NCBI GenBank assembly: GCA_964016885.1
Contig: OZ024746.1
Span: 11,532,001 to 11,596,000, forward strand
Reading direction: 5' to 3'
Length of the DNA: 64,000 nucleotides
Source: Eledone cirrhosa
Taxonomy: Eukaryota
Position 1 is the stretch's first letter; each line of letters starts with the position of its first letter. Below, piece by piece: positions 40,701-54,207 of the stretch. A program made the position numbers and the translations under genes. The notes beneath the pieces were generated by a model. That model searched no databases. It had not been told where the DNA came from and worked only from the letters and a program-made list of their open reading frames with translations.

Positions 40701-42587
40701 TTGGAAGGAGTAGAATAGTTATGTGGCAAACTGTAAGGCTGGATAGTTGCATAAAATATGAGACAGACAGGACTGAAAAGCTATGGGGTAGAACAGGTAG
40801 TGCAAAATGCCAGATTGAATGCAGGAGATAGGAGAGATAAATTTTCAATATTTAACAACAATGTGGGTGTCCAAGAGTTTAAAATAATATTAAAGAAAAA
40901 ATTAAATCCACTTTTATAGAAAGAAATATTGCAGTTAAAGATATGTGATGAATGAATGATTCAGGTGTCAGATACAAATGTCACAACTTTCAATGCTGTT
41001 ATTATGCTCTAAACTTCTACACCCTTCCTATATTTCACACATTTTCTACACCATTTATAAAGCATATATTGCATTTAAACACATGGCATTTAGTTTGAAA
41101 TACAACTTTCAGGTTTACCATACTATGAAAGCAACAAATTGGCAGAGCAATTAGAATGTTGGATTAAATGCCTTGGTATTTGTTCTGACCCTGTGTGCTC
41201 TGACTTTAAAGTCAACTTTACCTTTCATCCTTTCAGTGTCGATAAATAAAGTACCAATCCAGAGTCAGTGGATGGGCATTAAAGAGTCAGATGGAATACT
41301 TTGCACTATCTTTTCCAGCTCTGTACATTTTAAATTCAAATCCCTGTCTCCTGTCGCTGGAAAATCAGTGACACTTCTGCCAGTGTTATATTCTGCCAGA
41401 AGTGTGTGGAGATGAGGTGTAAGGTGTGCCGCATATAGTATACCCCTTCAATAGCTAGCTGGTCCCTTGTGGAAAGTAATTGCCCTAAGAAAGTGATCAG
41501 GAGCCTTCTCAAATGCTAACCGAAACAAGATACTATAATTTTATCATGTATTACCTCAGTATACTACTGGTACTGCTACTGATATACAGTGGTTGGAAAT
41601 AATCCCAATCAAAATGCCAGATTTAAAAACATAACATTAGCAGGCTGTAAAATAAATACTCCAGCAAATGAAGTAAACATCCAAATTACTAAATATTAAT
41701 GAGAATATCCAAATTTATTCATCCTAATTTACCATGTAAATATCTAAATTAATTATCTAACAAACAAAAGAGGTAAAAATAGATGAGGAAATAAATGTTA
41801 CTTGAAACAAGCTAAAGTAAATAAACCAAATAAAATACATCCTCTGATAATGATTTGGCACTAAGATAGGCACATGGCCAATAATTGTAAAGAATTAGGA
41901 GGGGAGGGGTAATTTAATTACCATAGTATATAACTGGTAATTATTTTATTAACTTTAGAAACGTAAAAGACATGAAAAGTATAAGTGTCTTTTATGAATT
42001 AACTTTTAATTTCCTATACTCATGAAACTGCATTGACGGGACACCCTTGAAATGTAATAAAATATATACTTTTTTTTTAAAAAGCACTGACTGTATCACA
42101 TGAAAAATTAAACCTTTGCCTTAAGGATGTTAAGGGTTAACTAACTTATTTACATTTTTATAGATGAGGGTAGAATGACTGAGGGGTTCCATCTAATGTC
42201 TAGTAATTATACTATCAGCAGGATAGATATCAGATACTCAACTCCAGCAGGATTTGAACCAGGGACCATAAACATATCATCACCATTATTGTTTTATGTC
42301 TGCTCTTCCATGTTTGCATAGATTAGATCATAATAAAGATTAAACACTACCAAGTCACCCAACTCTTCATCACATGCAACTTTTCCTCCACTCCCTTGTT
42401 AATGTTTTCTAAAATCAGTACCATACCACTATACCACAAACACCTTTATCTTTATCTTTTTGAGAGAGAGAGAGAGAGAGAGAGAGATGTTTATGTCCAC
42501 ATCCCCCTCTAACAATGTGATTTTAAGCTTTGAGTACAAAGACATAACTAAATACAACAATGTATTTTAAATACCATTTCTGCTAAT

Positions 42588-42774
42588 AATTGTTTCTACT
42601 TTAGGCACAAGGCCAGCAATTACCAGTGCATTACTGGTACTTTATTTTATCGACCCCGTAAGGATGAAAGGCAAAGTCAACCTCGGCGGGATTTGAACTC
42701 AGATGGTAAAGGGACGTAACTATGCTGGAAAGCATGGCGTCCGACCCTCTACCGATACTGCCAATCCACCGCCC
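42588..42774 (-). mobile_element. Full-length tRNA-derived SINE (family A) with 15-bp TSD
   Basis: A-box-like TGGCAGTATCGG, B-box GAGTTCAAATCC, central GCCTTTCATCCTTACGGGGTCGATAAAATAAAGTACCAG and an (ATT)n tail. TSD atttctgctaataat at 42576-42590 and 42780-42794. Confidence 0.9.
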
Positions 42775-45700
42775 TAATAATTTCTGCTAATAATGACAAC
42801 ATTTAACATAGGTACAAGGCCTCAAATCTGGGGTAGGGGTCAGTCAGTCAATTAAATTGATGCCAGTACTTGATTGGTGCTTTGTTTTATGAGCCCTTGA
42901 AGTTCAAATTCTCTTTCTAAATTGTTTAACATTAAATCTTGCATCAGTTTATAGTAACTTACTAATTGCTTTTGTGAACATTACACCAGAGAAGTAAGTT
43001 AGTGGTGAAGGTCACTGATAGAATTATTTAGTCAAAAGATTTTGTCAACATCAGTTATTTATATTGAATTTATCTATCACATTTCATTTCTGTACTCAGA
43101 ACAGGTGGAGTTAATTTGATAGTAATATGTATGAGATTAAACAACTAGACTATTTAAACAGTTCTAGAGTTGTAAACTATTATGGAGTAAGAGTAGCAGC
43201 TAGCTGTGTTGATATGGTGCTTGCTTACATGTTGAAGAATTGATTGCACACATACAGCAGCTGTCTATAACTAAGACACTTAACTCTTGTTGGCTCAGTT
43301 TACTAGCTTAAGAGAAGGATGGGCATTGGCAGACTGATTTACCCTACAAGATGAAGGCTTCAGCTAGTACTCCTTACATGCAATATATTACAGGAACTCA
43401 CAGTATTGAAAACATGCCAGTGTGCCTGAAAGTCAAACACCTCACAAGATAGATAATCATTATCAATATAAGATAAAGGTTTACATTTTATTAGCTCATT
43501 GTGAGTTGACAATCCACAATTTATAATATCTATGAAAAATAAAAATAAATATAATATGAATCCTAACCAACTGATAATTTGATGTCTATAAAGTGGCAAA
43601 ATGTTTAGATAATCAACAGAAAATCTAATATTCTATAAATGCAGTCATGTTAAACAGTAAGAAGAAGCAAAAAAGAAAGTAGGAAAAGGAGTTACCCAGT
43701 ACCAGTCCCCCACCATTACATTTCCCCTCCTCCTACACAATTCTTAGTCTTGGTCCAACATCAATAGTAAGATGCCATAAAATCAGTTGTCATCAGTTTA
43801 ACATTTCATAGGATATCCACTTAAAGACTGAGTACATCTTTAGGCCACTTGCTCTCACTTCATCTAACAACCTCTTCAACATTGAAGAGAGGAAAGTGAT
43901 CTTAGAATAATTAATCGTAATTGTGTTATCTGAGAAAGGTAGTTCAAACTGTAAATATTTACACGCGTGGTTCCACCTGATGTGAGCAATTCAGCACAAA
44001 TATAAATATTGTAAAATTATTTACTAACATATCTGGTTGATTTGAACAATTGTTTAAAGAATTTCTTTCCATTGGTGTTGGAACAACTTCTCAGTACAAT
44101 CAGGTTAATTGGAGAACACATTTCAATAACCCAAGTGTAACTACTATCCCATTGAGTTAAAGTATTTGAGGTGGGAGATTGTAGAGCAGGTTTTGCTTTA
44201 CTCTTCAACCCAAAACATCATTAATGAAGCAGTAGTTTGATATGGTGACAGATGGGAGTTACCGTGTCATTGTTATGTGGTTATTTTATTATGCCTTTTG
44301 GACTCAACATCTAAAGAACAGCATTTTAGTTTCAAACATATTGTTTCACACATTTGGTGAATTAGCTCGTCAATGTGGTTAGTTTTTACCAAGAGAGCGT
44401 CTTTCATTCAGTTCTTCAAACAGAGCAAAGGGCTTAGATATAATACTTCATGCATATCAAATGTCACCAGGGTCATGTACACTCTCCACTTGAAATAGAG
44501 ATGAAAAACATTTACACAACTTGCATAAAGTTCTTACCAACTTCTCATATATACCCAGACTTTTGAAATGCTTTCTGAAGATAACAAAGTTGAAAAATTA
44601 GTTCTAATTACAAAGTGCTTCTTCCCATCTATTTAGTGTTTAAACAAACTGCATTAATTGACCACAACCTGAAGACTGACCAAATTCTAATCAATCAATT
44701 CCAATAATTTGAAGCTCTTTTCTTCAAAATTAAGATAAGTTGGAAAACTGATAAAATGATCAATGACATGTTCACCATCAATCCTGATAATTTCAGTTTC
44801 AATACCACAACATGGAAACTATGACATTACTGCAGAATTTGAATTTACAAAAGGTGTTTACCCCAAGGGAATTAATTCTAATAGTGGTCCTTCTATATCC
44901 TGAAGTTTAGGTGTATTATCAAAGATTGGATTATCATCATATTTTGCACACATTTAAATAATGGTCTAATTTTCACCTTTCATTCTATGAATTGGATTCA
45001 CGATATTTCATCCTCTCATTGTTATTCAGGAAGGAACCCAATTTTTTTTTTTTGTGTGTTTGTTTCTTTTCTGAATACACACTGATTACACTCTCTTCTT
45101 GACTTCAAAATATTAATCTTAACTGTTGCTTTACTTCCACAGTTTTCTCTCTGCCATGTCATCCAGCAACTACATACCTTTACATATCTATGTTATATTG
45201 TGGAAGTAGGTACATGGTTAAAAACTTTGCCCTGCAATCATGTAGTTCAATCCCACTGTGTGGCATCTAGGGCAAGCATCTTTTAGCATAACCTTGAATC
45301 AAATCAAGTTTATGAGTGAAATTGGATAGGTGAAAACTGTGTGAAAGCCCATTGGATTGTAGATGTAATACAAAGGTCCATCTTTGTCATATTGTGGTCT
45401 GTGATTATATTAAGGGAACACATGTCTGTGGATTAAACAACTGAAACACCTATCATCAAGATTAACAGAGGACCCATCATTTACTTACTTTGTCTCTCTA
45501 GTCCAGTGACAAGCAACTTCACATGCAGACAATAGACAATTTATTTCACTGTATGTTGCATTTAATATCCTACAACCACATTTTCATAACTAGCAAAAAC
45601 TTTAACAGACTAATGGAAAAGTTTTGTAAGATGTCCAGTCACTTTAGTTCAGTTTTATTGGGTGAGCAACACGAGGTTAGCTATCTTTGTTTGCCAAATA

Positions 45701-45833
45701 TGAGTACATACCAGGGTGTTAGAGGAAAGGGAAGAGGACAGTGAATTGCTCAAAATGTTACTATGGAGTTACACAACTGAAGATATAGTTGTGCAGTGGA
45801 ATATGCACTGACAAGGAGTATCAAGAGAGAACC

Positions 45834-45983
45834 AGAGGTAATGGATTCACACATTCCCTACTCTCTCCAATGATAAAGTACTAAGAGGCAATGGATTCAC
45901 ACATTCCCTACTCCACCCAATGATAAAGTACTAAGAGGCAATGGATTCACACATTCCCTACTCCACCCAATGATAAAGTACTA
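45834..45983. repeat. Minisatellite, 3 x 50 bp
   Basis: agaggcaatggattcacacattccctactccacccaatgataaagtacta repeated three times, nearly identical. Confidence 0.95.
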
Positions 45984-46899
45984 ACTATAGCATCAGTGTT
46001 TACACACCAGACAATTTGTTTGATTGATGAAATTCAATTTTAAGAGTATCTTGATTTGAAAGTAAAAAATAAATAAATAAATAAATAACAATAAACAAAT
46101 AAAACATACAACTAAATATTCTGTTATATTTTAATTGAATAAGAAAATATGAAAGATCACAAAATCTATTTTGAACTATATCAAGAATGAATACCATGAT
46201 AGAAATAATAACTGCATGGAGGTTAAGAAAAAATTGTATGGCGTAGAAATGTGTGTGTGTGTGTAAGAACTTGTGTGCAAGAGTGTCTCTTCTAGATAAA
46301 ATTCAGTGATATCTAATGACGCAAATTTAAACGGTGGAGAGGGGTGCCTGTGTGACTGCCTGCACACACTAAGAAGTATATGAAAGATATATCAATCAAA
46401 CAACTGCATTAATGGGGTGAAAAGAGGTAGGGGTTAGAAAGCATTAATATCTAGGTCATACTAGACATTCAGTTACTATAGTAACAGCGAATATGCATTA
46501 ACAATCACTATTTGTGATAAAATAACAATATAGCTACTATGGAAGGAGAAAATAGGCAATATGTATTTCATTTTATTATCAAATTCTAAAATATTCCATT
46601 CAAACATACATCCATTTATCACAGAATTTTCAATAGTGATGAGAAGGATGCTGGTAATGATGAAGAACAATAATAATTTTGTTTTAATAGGCAGAAGACC
46701 AATTTTTGCAGGGATGTGATAAATTTGAATCAATTGATTCCAGTATATTAATGTTCCTTAAATTACTTAGCTTGAAAGAATGAAAAAAAAATCATTTTCA
46801 TCAGACCTAAGTTTTATCATAGAACATTCTACAATTTGCACCAACCCACCTGTCTACAGCAACAACAGTAATAATAATAATATCCTTTTAATCTTTTAT

Positions 46900-47088
46900 T
46901 GTGGATTGGCAGTATCGGTAGAAGGTCTGACGCCATGCTTTGACGCATTGAGTTATGGCCCTTGCCATTCTGAGTTCAAATCCCGCCGAGGTTAACTTTG
47001 CCTTTCATCCTTACGGGGTCGATAAAATAAAGTACCAGTAATGCACTGGGATAATTGCTGGCCTTGTGCCAAAAGTAGAAACAATTAT
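46900..47088 (+). mobile_element. SINE family A copy, abutting an RTE-tail element (47092-47285, minus)
   Basis: Similarity to family members in the window. Confidence 0.87.
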
Positions 47089-48284
47089 TTATCATCATCA
47101 TCAATTAACATCTATCTTCCACACTAGCATGGGTTAGACAGGTTTGTCCCAATTAGAGGCAAGTTGGGTCGGGTGACCGTGTCTCTGTTATATAGGAGAG
47201 TTTCTGGCTGGTTTTCTACAGCTGGATGCCCTTCCTAATGTCAACCACATTTACAGAGTGTGCTGGGTACTTTTTGTCATGCCACCTTAACTTTATATAA
47301 GGTGTGTTTGTTGAGTTGTTGTAGGTGACAAGTTGTTGGTTGCTACTTTCTCTTTTTTTACACAGAAAGATGAACTCTAGAATAGATGACCTCTGTGAAA
47401 TTAGAACTCAGAACATAAAGAAATAATCTAAATTCTGCAAATCCTTTACCCCAACACTGCCATTTTGGCTATACAATATAATTGTTATTGAGGAAGAGGT
47501 GGGGGGATTTACAAATAATTAAATAATTCAATTTTTATATTTCACAATAAATCTTGTCTGATTACCAATACATACACTTGTTTTGTTTCTATTTACATAA
47601 TATCTAGGTTTCACTATGAGAGAGGGAAGAGTGTATTGATTTTTATCTAGCTTGCTTGTATGCCATAGCTACTACTGCAGCCCATCATTAGCAACAAGAT
47701 CACTGATTCAAATTTTGATGGCTGACCAATGTGTTCTTTGAGCCTCTTCAACCCAGACACATTATCAATTGCCTTTTTCATCATACACACTTGTGTGAGG
47801 AAATAGCAACAACTGTGGAAATATATCAATTACAGTTCATTAAATGCAAGTCTGTGAGAATGTGTCCATATACACATTTTTGCTCGGATACCTATAGAAT
47901 AGATAAAATACATAACAGTTGTTATTGTTTAGTCTCACATCAACCTTGATTAAGCAGACATTCCAGTCATGCCCATCCTGTCTTTTTTCAGGTATAGGTT
48001 CATTTTCTTTAAATGGTAGAGTGTAATTTAAAGGAGAGTTTTGCTGTTATTTCTTGTAGTTCAGTTGGTCACACAGAGGTTTCCTCATAGTTTTGAATAA
48101 AAGTGTAACTTTAATTGACAATAATCTTTTCTTACAGAGCCAAAAGGAATAATTACATCTTTGCCTTTCATCTTGTTAAAATATATACCACCAGATGAAA
48201 TCAGCTGCACCTCTCTCAAATATAAGTGACCAAAGTCAGAAGCCATTATAATTTTTTCAGCATTTTTACTATATCATATCATTA

Positions 48285-48445
48285 TTATGGCAGTATATAG
48301 TTACAACCCTTTATGTTCTGAGTTCAAATCCCGCCGAGGTTAGCTTTGCCTTTTATTCTCTGGGGTCAATAAAATAAAGTACCAGTAACCTTCTGCGGTT
48401 GATTTAATCGACTCTCTCCGTCCCTTCAAATTGCTGGCCTTTCCT
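48285..48445 (+). mobile_element. SINE family A, long variant, diverged
   Basis: B-box and central domain are present. Confidence 0.8.
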
Positions 48446-49199
48446 CCCATTAAACTAGAACCTGGATCATTTTCTAACACACACACACACACACACAGTA
48501 GATCGATGGCTAATAGACATCCATTATCTTATTTATTTACTATTTTTTAGGAATATATGTACCTCCTTAGGATCAAATATGGTATGGAAGTTTATATAAG
48601 ACTTCTTAGATATTTATCACTTTGTTCCATATGACTTCTGTTAGACACCCTATTTACAAACCCTTTTGTTTGTTTTTTTGCACACCTATATTCCACATTT
48701 CTTTTTATACATTGTTTCCAAATCTTTGTAGCTGGAGGTTTACAGCCTGCTTCGTTCACCCTTTAGTGAACCCAGCCCAAACTAGCTACAAAATAAATCT
48801 ACCCATTTTAAATGTTTCCAATTTAAAATTAAAATCTTCCAACGTAATTATGTATAAAAAGTTACTATCTTAGAAATGAAATAATTAATAATTTTAGTAA
48901 ATCCCTTGAAATTCTTCAATAATTAATTAAAATAGAGAGTATTTAATTAGAAATGCGGTCATGAAAGGTTTCAGATGTTGTCAACATTGGAAAATACACC
49001 AATCAGTATATGGCTTGATAACACTGTTGCAATCTAGTTTATCTATTTGTTATCATTCATTAATGCACTGGGTAATTGCTGGCCTTGTGCCTAACGTAGA
49101 AACAATTATTATTGTTGTTGTTGCTGCTGCTGCTGCTGCTGCTGTTGTTATTATTATTATTATTGCTACTAATAATAATGTCTTTACTGGCCACCCAGG

Positions 49200-50145
49200 C
49201 CAAAAACATTGAGGACAATAAAATAAACAGGACAGTGTGGATTGTGTAAACAGAGAACAAGAACAAAAAACAAGAAATGGGTAACAAATAAATTTATACA
49301 GAATTCCCCCTATAGGAGAGAGAGCACTCCCTGGGAGTAATCAAAGAAACCCACAGGTCCAAAATCACTGCAGATAAGTGTACCATATATTCTTTCCAGT
49401 CTACAGGCACATACTTAGAGTAGGCCCATTCACTTGGGCCATTCTCACTACATTCAACCATTTTTTTATAAATATACAGGATGGCAGCACTTCTCTCTCC
49501 ACCCTCACCTCTCTTTACAACTTGAAAAAGTTGATGAAGGTTTGGTCAAAGATAAAAGTGTGTGTCTTCAATCCATTAGGTCTTATTCACCACACAACCT
49601 TTTTGCCATAACGACCATACAGGGAAAAACTGCCTGTTATTCCTGGCCAGTAGGTGGTGGCAGGGAGATCTTCACAATGGAGTTGTCAGATAGCCAGATC
49701 CAGCCAATAAAAGCTGATCAACAAAATTGTACATGTCAGCAATGCACAAACACTGGATTTGTGTATCAAGAACAGTTTCATCACTATAGGTGCATGTTGT
49801 GACAAGTTCGTTTGACAGTACTTCCATGCCTGTAGAATTTGTCTTGAACCAGCAGTGCCCCCTAGTAGCACTGCCAAGCAAGGGATCTCTGGAAATTATA
49901 GTCCCCAGGCTGAAAGTCCTCCAGAACAGAGTAATAAGCTCATTCTGGTCAACACCTAGAGTTTCCTCAAGAACATCACTCTTGCCCACCACTAGGGACT
50001 TTACTGAATGCTAACGTCCTCAATACAAAGAGTTTTGAGAGCAGATGAGCCACCTGGCCAGTGAAACATGTTCCTTCCACAATAAGTGAAAGAGCAGATG
50101 CTCCAATCTGGTGAGCAAGAACTAGGGCAAGGCACAACGGTCAGG
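49200..50145 (-). mobile_element. Decayed L1/Tx1-like LINE ORF2 C-terminal region
   Basis: Remnants LTRLEHLLFHLLWK and C...ETV....QC (degenerate zinc-knuckle region). ORFs 49672..49992 and neighbours derive from it. Confidence 0.6.
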
Positions 50146-51129
50146 CAGTAAAAGAAAGAAAAAAAAAAAGAGGAAATATAAAAAATTAACTATACATATA
50201 TTTTAATGTTTACAGTTACATATACATTTTATTGTTTATAAAACACACATACGAAAACATGTGGCACAAAAGTAACAAAACTATAAACAAAACAAATTGG
50301 AACAAATAATCTCTAAATAATTCCTAAAACACATTCCAGTAAAAAAAAAAAAAAAAAGCTAAATTATAAGAGAATGTTGGTCAAATGATGACTATATTGA
50401 AGTGTTACATGTATTCTACACAGTAACACTGTAGCCCAAACACACATCTTAAAAGAAACATGAGCTAAGGAGGAAAGGAACAAAAATCTAACAGCAAACA
50501 CACTAGGAAGGTTTATTCTAAAAGAGGCTGAAGTCTCCAAAATACACAAACTCTGAAATTAAAATAGAGAACATTTAACCACACAAAACAATGAGATCCA
50601 AATAAACGAAAATACAACAGAATCCATTTTTCCTCAAAAACATAAAACCCCACAGAAGGAAGAAAAGAATGCCTCACAGGCAATTTCACAAACAATGAGA
50701 ACCCAAACCAAAGTGAAATTACTACTATGCAAGAAACAAAGAATACAGAACAGCAAATCAAAAAAGGAGAAACAAAAACTGAAACACAAGAAGACAAAGA
50801 CCACAGAAACACAACAAACACACCTAACAAGAAACAGTATAAAAACACACACTGACAGATCCACTAGAATCAATACTGAGGTGGAACTGACTGAAGCATT
50901 GAAGGAAATAAAAGAAGAGAAGATCATGAAATCAATAAACAAGAATCAGCATAAACACCTCCCCAAACTGCACAGGAATAAACAGTTCTATAAAAGAATA
51001 AATATAATAGAGCCCTACAAATATGTATGCTTGTGACAACAGACAGCTTGAATATCAAGACAAAATAACCGGATGTATTCTGTAGCAATAGAAAATATCA
51101 TGAGAAACTGGCCCTGACCTTAACATGAG

Positions 51130-51286
51130 TTATATATATATATATTATATAATATATATATATATTATATATATATTATATATTATATATATATATATAT
51201 TATATATATATTATATATATTATATATATATTATATATATATATATTATATATATATATATATTATATATATATATATATATATAT
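51130..51286. repeat. Interrupted (TA)n array
   Basis: Read directly. Confidence 0.95.
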
Positions 51287-51649
51287 CCAAACTGAATGGG
51301 ATTAGACAAATATGTCAAAGCTATCCTAAAAAAAAAAAAGAGCAATTAACCAGCACTTGGAATATTATACTAGACATAGACACTGAAATTAGAGAATTAG
51401 ATAACAATCACCCAGATTCTGAGGAATAGATGAAACAGCTAAAATACAACATGTAAAAATTAAGAAAGAATAATACAGAAGAGTTAGACTAAAATTAAAA
51501 GCTGAACTCAATGCCAGAAATAAAATAATAGGTATAAATATGCTGGCCATGCCAGTTAAAAACTAGTTTCAATATAATAAATGTGAAACCTTTTGATAGC
51601 ATACCAAAGCCAGCAGACATAAGCAGAATATACCTAACAAATACACAGT

Positions 51650-51930
51650 GGATGTAGCATGGCTGAATGGTTAAGAAGTTTACATCACAATCATTAGGTC
51701 CTGGTTTTCATCCCATTGTGTGGCATCTTGGGCAAGTGTTATTTACCATAGCCATAGGTTGACCTATGCCTTGTGAATGAAATTGGGTAGACAGAAACTG
51801 TTTGGAAGCCCACCGGATGGACTGAACTTGTAATTCAAAGGCCAGCCTTGTCATACATTGTTATGCTAAATCTTGCTGAGAATTACATTAAAGATATACG
51901 TATCTCTGGAATATTCAACCATATACATAT
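51650..51930 (+). mobile_element. Older tRNA-derived SINE (family C); related copies at ~24845-25000, ~45205-45440 and ~39310-39420 (minus)
   Basis: tggctgaatggttaagaag...tcccattgtgtggcatcttgggcaagtg is shared among the copies. Confidence 0.7.
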
Positions 51931-54070
51931 TACATGAAAAAGTCATGATTCAGCAAGCATCTATATTTACTGGGCAATATGCCAGCACTGACATGAAAAC
52001 AAACAAGAAGTGGTATAAACATGTACCAAACACAGTACATGACAACAAACCACAACCCGACCACAATCATCTGGAATATGGCCACCCAAACTGTCAAAGA
52101 AATGAAGACAAACTGTTCAGACATAATAATCGAAAACTGGGAGGGGACGAGACACATCGAAACTCCTTCTAACCAAAATATTTCCCAAAAAGGAGTGGGA
52201 AAACTGCCAAAATACAAGGATCTTGAAAATGAAGTTGCAATAATAATTGGAGCACTGGGCATAAAACAAAGATGAACAAAAACATAGATGTTGTACCAGA
52301 GTTCATAACAATACATACTGTTCATAAAATAGCTCTGCTAGGAACAACCCACGGTGCAAGATGTTATCGATTCAATAGCACAGCTCAAACACAATACAAA
52401 CCCTATATGATAAACACCTAATAAAATAAATCAACACACCTCACACAGAATTTATTCTACAAGATTAATACCCAATAAAACCACACAACTCACACAACAT
52501 ATTTTACAAGATTAACACCCATTAAAATATACACACTAGACAACAGAACAAACTCTAAAATAATACAAGAAACTACAACGTACACCCCATTAGAAAACAA
52601 AATGCAGTACAGAAGGTAACTATAGTCCCTAAACCTCAACAAAAATAAGAACACAATGCTGCACACACCTCAGAAACATGGATGATGCAGCAGACACTTA
52701 CATGAAACTACTCAAGAAATAATGATGGTGATGATGATGATGATTTCTAATTTAGGCACAAGGCCAGCAATTTCTGGGGAAAAGAAGATGATTATATCAG
52801 GCTCAGTATTTGACCGGGTACTTTATTAATTTACGTCAGAGAGATGAAAATTGACCATGATAGTATTTTAACAGAGAATGTACAGAGTTGGAATAAATAC
52901 TGCAAATGATTCTGTCAATTAACCATCTACATAAGAATAACTACATTATAGGCAGATCAATGTCGTTTTTACAACCTAACATATGAATCATAACCAATGA
53001 CCAAAGGTTCCTTTGGGATTCTTTCATCAGCTCAATTATTTTTAGCACCTCCTTGGGTTCCACACAGTTCCCAGTAATGCAGATTTCTAAAGTACTCTCA
53101 GGTCTCAAATAATCGCCTCTCCACTGTTAATTTTTTCAGATCCGCCTCCCCACTTTATTGTTGTTGCTACTGTTGATTGTAGTGCAAATGTTAATTAGCT
53201 AGCTCGACAGTTTCCTGATAAGCAGTCCAAAGGTCAAAATCCAAGACAGGTCAACTTTATTTCTCTTCCTTTAAAAGCTCATAAAGAATAACAATATGAC
53301 AATTATATACCATTTAGAGGTTTTGTGTGATCAATGTGTGTGTGTATGCCTGTGTGAGTTATATCTTGAAGGAGTAAGGCTAATCTGTGCACCAACAGGT
53401 TATGTACACATAAGTATACATTATGAAATGTCTACTTCTTTCTTGAAATCTGAGAGCTGCTGTAAACACATGAAACTAAAAGGTAGCAAAATTTCTGATC
53501 CTGTTCACTGTGAATTGAACATCAATCTCATAACGGGAACCAGATCACGATTATATAAAAATTGTTATCTTTTGAATAAATTTGCTAGAAACCTAGCCTT
53601 TTAAAATCAAATCTAGATTTAAAACAAAGGGAATACTACTACTACTACTACTACTAATACTAATAATAATAATGTCCTCTTCTTATACAAAACAAGTGAT
53701 ATCACTGTGCTATCATAATACTATTACAGATTTTTATGATATGTATACAATATCTCTATTGGTTACTTTGAATTAAATCCCTTACTGGAGAGGGGGGTTT
53801 GCTCATGCAAACAAAACTGCATCTAGTATTACTTAAAGTATAAAGCAGATAAGAGAGAAAACAAAACATCAAACAAAAATAATAACAAATTTCAAATTAT
53901 CAACAGTAAAATATTTCTTTGAATATTTAGATTCTAATTTCAGTTATAGGACTGAACTTTTTTACAAACTTGCATTCTTTTTCTACTGTGTAATTCTTTA
54001 ATCTTTGCAACATTGCTTGGTGGATAATGACAACCATATAGAGCAGTATCTACTTGAGATTATCATATTC

Positions 54071-54207
<137 letters not shown>

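Larger units (their letters stand above)
50850..52745 (+). mobile_element. Decayed R4/Dong-like (restriction-like endonuclease) non-LTR retrotransposon, interrupted by a TA array and a SINE
   Basis: Remnants RVRLKLKAELNARNKIIGINMLAMPV (~51480-51560), KWYKHVP, TIIWNMATQT..N.SDIII, KYKDLENEV, IIIGALG and KIALLGT. Confidence 0.75.

Noticed and set aside
43402-43529. Exon-like segment with a good acceptor and a gtgagt donor (DIINCGLSTHNE...)
   Set aside because: It has no ATXN7 zinc-finger motif, and its 128 nt would shift the frame between phase-1 junctions. There is no support beyond the splice-like signals.
45834-45983. CRISPR-like appearance of regular repeats (also 22976-23115)
   Set aside because: The units are contiguous with no unique spacers, and the context is eukaryotic with no cas genes.
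50364-51036. Hydrophobic or Lys-rich ORFs
   Set aside because: They are products of A-rich strand-biased sequence next to a decayed LINE, not credible genes.
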